From the NCBI GenBank assembly GCA_009914755.4, contig CP068257.2:39936001-40000000 (forward strand): DNA of 64,000 nt. Direction: 5' to 3'. Below are positions 58,355 through 64,000 of this stretch, piece by piece. This DNA is from the human T2T-CHM13v2.0 reference genome, Homo sapiens. Both the position numbers and the translations under genes were made by a program. How positions within the stretch are numbered: the stretch's first letter is position 1; each line of letters begins with the position of its first letter. The notes under the pieces are model-generated. The model worked only from the letters and a program-made list of their open reading frames with translations. It was not told where the DNA came from and made no database searches.

Positions 58355-58465
58355 CCGTTATCCCATTTTACAGATGAGGAAACTGAGTGGCTACGAGTTT
58401 CCACTCCCAGAAAGAGACGGAGCTGGGTTAGAACCTGGCTCCAGGCTGACTCTGAAGCTGGTGGT
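58355..58465 (+). mobile_element. MIR SINE fragment
   Basis: cccattttacagatgaggaaactgagtggctacgagtttccactcccagaaagagacggagctgggttagaacctggctccaggctgactctgaag. This is a close match to the MIR core ccccattttacagatgaggaaactgaggc ... gagctgggattcgaacccaggtc. Confidence 0.7.
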
Positions 58466-59444
58466 ACCGCCTTCCACTGCGGTGACCTTCCAGACTCCCA
58501 TTCACAATCTCTTCCCCTCGTCAGCCCAGCCCCTTTCCTAGGCTACAGGCAAGCTCGGGCTGCTCACGCAAGGCCTGCGGGCAAAGACTGGAGGTGCCAG
58601 GCTCCAAGTGGGCAGTGGGGCTGGGATGGAGCTGTGTGCAGGGCGCATGTCCAAAGCCCCTGTACAGTGGCTGGGGGCCAGCCTCAGGCCCAGCCGGCCG
58701 TGGGTGAGCAGAGCAGGCTGCCCTTGCACACAGAGCCCTGTAACCTGATGGAGCAGACTGCTCTTGCACAAAGGGCCCTGCAACCTGAGCCTGTTGACTT
58801 TGGGGAGGAGCCCAAGGGAGCCGAGGCCTCTGGGCGCACACACTGCCGGCAGGGGTTAAAAGCAAGCTGGCCCGGATTTGAAGCGTGTGGAAGCCTGACC
58901 TGAGATACGGGGAGAAGACACCAGCAGCCCCGGGCTTTGTTCTTGGGATGTTTTGGATTGGGATTTCTCAGTCTCCAGTTAAGGAAGTGTGGGGCTCTGT
59001 ACGCTTGAGGTTTCACAGCTATTCCCTGAGAGGGTGTCCGTTCTCCTCCTCGCCTTCCCCTGGAACATCTCTGGTTTTTGCAAATGGCCCCATGTGCTGA
59101 GGGGTGAGGCGGGCACTGGCTCTCTCCCTGTGTGCAGGCGTCTTCCCCACTGTCGCAGGCTGAATGGTGGCCCCAAAAAGACACATCCAAGTCCTAAGCC
59201 CCGGTATCTTGGAGGTGACCTTATTTGGGAGCAGGGCCTTTACAGATGGAATCAAGGTGAGGTGAGGTCAGACCTGAGTAGGGTGGGCGCTAAGTCCAAA
59301 GACTCCGGAGAAGCGACAGACACAGAGACAGGAGAAAGGCACGTGAAGGTGGAGGCAGAGACTGCAGTGAGGCAGCCCACGAGCCAGGGATTACAGGCGT
59401 GAGCCACCGCGCCCCGCTGAGAACTGCTTTTTAAACAGCCAACT

Positions 59445-59765
<321 letters not shown>

Positions 59766-60771
59766 GCCTACTGGCCCTTTCTGTTCCCAGGAGTCCTTCC
59801 CTTTTACCCTGCCAGTACTGTACTTGCTGCCAACATCCTGTGGAACGTGGTGACATTAGCAAAAGAAGAGAGATGGGGCACACCCTGCACTAGTCGGCTC
59901 ACCAGGCCTGCAGGAGACCCAGGTCCTTCCTCATCTGCACCCCTGTAGTTCCTCCCAACACACCGAGATGGGTTGTGGAGGGACCATGGGTCCAGCAAGG
60001 CTGAAGAGCGGCCTTGGCAAGTACCTTTGTTCTTCCAGGACACAGGAAAACAGGCTAGAATAGGACTGTGTAAGAGACCCTTTTTGCAAACAGCAACATT
60101 GACAAAGGTAGGGCAGTCCTGCCTGTCCTATTTTGCCTTTTCTCAAACATAAGGATTCCCTGTTGTCATGGATCAAATAGTGTTCCCCTAAATTTCGTGT
60201 CCACCCAGAACCTCATAATGTGACCGTTTTGGAAATGGGGTCTACGCAGATGCAGTTGTTTAAAGTCCTGGAGAGGAGATCATCCTGGAATACCCACATG
60301 GGCCTTGAATCCAAAGACTGGTGTTCTCATAAGAAGAGAGGACACAGCGAGACAGACAGCCATGTGAGGAGGCAGGCAGAGACGGGAAGGCTGCAACCAC
60401 ACACCAAGAATGCTGGGGACTGCCAGCTACCACCACCAGCGGGGAGAGAGGCTAGGGGTGGTCTCTCCCTCGGAGCTCTGAGAAGGCACCAACCCTGCCA
60501 ACACCCTGATTTTAGGATTTTGGCCTCTAGAATGATGAGATACTAGTTGTTAATTGTTGTTTGAAGCTATAACGTGTTTGATATTCTGCCATGGCAGTCC
60601 TAGGGGCCTAACACACTTTGGCATTCTGTCTGGCAGGAGATCCCAGTCACCCCCTACTTTTAAAGCCCTGTGATCATAGGGTGTCAGAGGAGCAGCGTGT
60701 CTTGGAGAACTGCTAGTCCAGAGTCCCTGTCCTGTGTTCCATGACACCCAATGTCCCTTAAGAGGGAAAGA

Positions 60772-61250
<479 letters not shown>

Positions 61251-62320
61251 TTAACGCCCACTAATGTACCAAAGACAAAGAGCCATGAGCGTATCTAGGG
61301 AGAACCGAGCGTGTCCGTCCGTGCTCGCACTGCTATAAAGAAATACCTGAGACTGGATAGTTTATAAAGAAAAGAGGTTTCATGGGCTCACGGTTCCACA
61401 GGCTGTACGGGAAGCATGGCAGCCTCTGCTCAGCTTCTGCGGAGGCCTCAGGAAACTGACAATCATGGCAGAAGGCAAAGGGGACCCTGTACGTCACATG
61501 ACAGGGAAGGAGAAAGAGAGAGCAGGGGCAGGTGCCACACCCTTTTAAACAACCAGATCTCAGGAGAACTCTGTCACGAGAGCAGCACTTGGGGATGTTG
61601 CTAACCCTTTCATGGGAAACCACCCTCTCGATCCAATCACCTCCCACCAGGCCCCACCTCCAACACTGGGATTACAATTCAACATGAGATTTGGGCAGGA
61701 CACAGATCCAAACCATATCACTGAGCTAGTCCAACATGCTCAATGACTGATGTTGAAACCAGCCAGGCAGAAGCAACTCACTCTAAGTCCCACCGTGGGT
61801 TCTAGAACTCTGGTCTCTCGATGCTGGTCCACACTGTAATATACTGGGAAAAAAAGGAACACTGGGATGAATATCTGGAAGATCTGAGTTAAAGTCATTT
61901 ATTCCTTTTTTCAGCACAAAGGTGACCTTCATGCAATGGTATAGGATTTAAATATGGGGAGAAGGATATGATGGTAAATTTCATGGCCGTTTCTATCCAG
62001 AACTATTTTTCTGGGCACCTGTTATTCCTTGGTGGAGTGGTTGTCTTTCTAGGTCAGGAAGAGAGAACGTGGCCCAGCCAGGCCCAGAGCATGGCTGTGC
62101 TGCCAGATCCTGGGCCACGAGCCTCTTGTGGCACCTTGTATGTGAGACGTGGCTGGTCTGATGGAAATGTGCCTTCGGTGTGAGGTGCACACTGGCTTCT
62201 AAAGGCTTAGTGCAGAACAAAGGCCGTCAAATGTCTCATTAATAGTTTCTATATTGTTACATGTTGAGATCATGATATTTTGGATATATACGGTTAAATA
62301 AAATACATCATTCAAGTTAA

Positions 62321-62662
<342 letters not shown>

Positions 62663-63913
62663 TAGGAAGTGCAGCACTGCCGCCGTAGCTGCTGTCTGTG
62701 GCCCCAACATGTTTTTGTCAGGCAGTGCTGTTGCCTGGGTTCAGGTTTCCTAACAGGCTTGACAAGGTAGGAAGGAGGGGACTCACCTTGGCACCCTTCA
62801 AGGACCCCACACAGAAGAAAGATTTCACCTTGCCCGGCCTGGAAGACTTAAGGTGCACGTTCCCAAAGAGGCTTCTTCATGGTGTTCACATTTGGGTACC
62901 AGGCCTAGAATGGGGCCACTCTAAGAGAGGCAGTTAATTAATGTGTCTCCAGTTAAGATGGCCTGGAAGGGAGGGGGCAGGCAAGAAACAAAATTCCCAT
63001 TCCTCTTCTCTCTCCACTCAGATACAGCATGTGAAACAGGTGTGGTCCATATCAGATGCAGTACACTGGGCAGGGTCTAACAGGATAAGAGTTTCACGCA
63101 GGACACGACAGCATTCATGGCCCACAAAAGCTTTGGGTTGACGACCGTTGGGGAACAAATCTCGTTAATCTTCCAGTCTCCTGCAACTGGTAGAAGCAGA
63201 TCTGTGTGCTGCACTTGGTGGGCGGAAGGCTGTCGAGCCATTGAAGGAGAAGGACTGTCTTCAGGCTGTTGAGGCCCCTGTCTGGCCTCGTGCAGCATGG
63301 AGGGTGTAGTAACGGGTCCCCAAATGCCTGCCGATAGGAGGCAGTTTGTCAGGTGTTTCATATGCTAGAACAAGCTCTGCTTATTGCCTGTGCAATCGCA
63401 CTTACTGCCCTAAAGACCTGGGAATAAGTTGAAGAGCCTCTTGCGATTGCAATCTAACCTTCTTTTATGGAGTAAGACATTTTCTTGAGCTGTTAAAGAT
63501 TTAGGTGTACAGCCCTGTCCAGCCAACGCCGGCTGCTAGGAAGCAGGGCAGTGAGAGCAGAAAGGGGAGACATAGCACTTTCAGCCAGCAGGGGACAGTG
63601 TGGTACACGTCTACGTGTCCAGTCCCCTAGGTCCTCGGTCCCCTAGCAGATAGAAGGTCCAGACCAACCGCCACAGTTGTGTATTGAGAAAGTCTGGGGG
63701 GTGCTTGGGGAGTTTGATTGTTACTTTCTTAGAGGCGATTGTCAATGGTAGAAGGAACACAAGGACTTCAGGTGATTTAAATCCTCTGCTTTCTAAAAAG
63801 GATTGATTCCCTGTTTCATGGTCCAAATTACAGGAATGCGCTGAGAACTCCTCATGGGAGGATGTTAACAGTCTTGTGCAATATAAAGGGTCATTAGAAA
63901 GTAAAAAAGGAGG

Positions 63914-64000
63914 CCGGGCGCGGTGGCTCACGCCTTTAATCCCAGCACTTTGGGAGGCCGAGGCGGCTGGATCAGGAGGTCAGGAGTTCGAGACCAGTCT
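63914..64000 (+). mobile_element. Alu SINE 5' portion, sense, truncated by the window end
   Basis: ggaggccgggcgcggtggctcacgcctttaatcccagcactttgggaggccgaggcggctggatcaggaggtcaggagttcgagaccagtct. Confidence 0.9.

Overview
This 64-kb window is primate (almost certainly human) nuclear genomic DNA, not a prokaryotic or phage locus. It is saturated with interspersed repeats. There are about 27 full or partial Alu SINEs, several with recognisable target-site duplications, including AluY-like copies. There are at least eight LINE-1 fragments: a twin-primed inverted insertion, a near-consensus young L1PA 3' end with a 15-bp TSD, an older L1 carrying decayed ORF1 and ORF2-endonuclease remnants, and old L1MA/L1MB 3' ends. 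MIR fragments are present. Tandem repeats are numerous: a 22-bp-unit minisatellite split by an Alu; a ~1.4-kb CA-rich composite array with ~135-bp higher-order periodicity; (GGAT)n; (TTTC)n; (CT)n(CA)n; (GTCT)n; (AAAT)n; and small minisatellites and tandem duplications. I could not support any host protein-coding exon, tRNA, rRNA or snRNA gene from sequence alone. Nearly all long ORFs in the supplied track are translations of low-complexity repeats or of Alu/L1 sequence. I see no novel cellular defence or metabolic system. The points worth a second look are structural: possibly polymorphic young retroelement insertions and VNTRs, an unexplained 62-bp segment shared between an Alu-internal insertion and a site 3.9 kb away, a local ~110-bp duplication, and a nested palindromic hairpin. 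Coordinates are read by eye and are approximate to about 5 bp.
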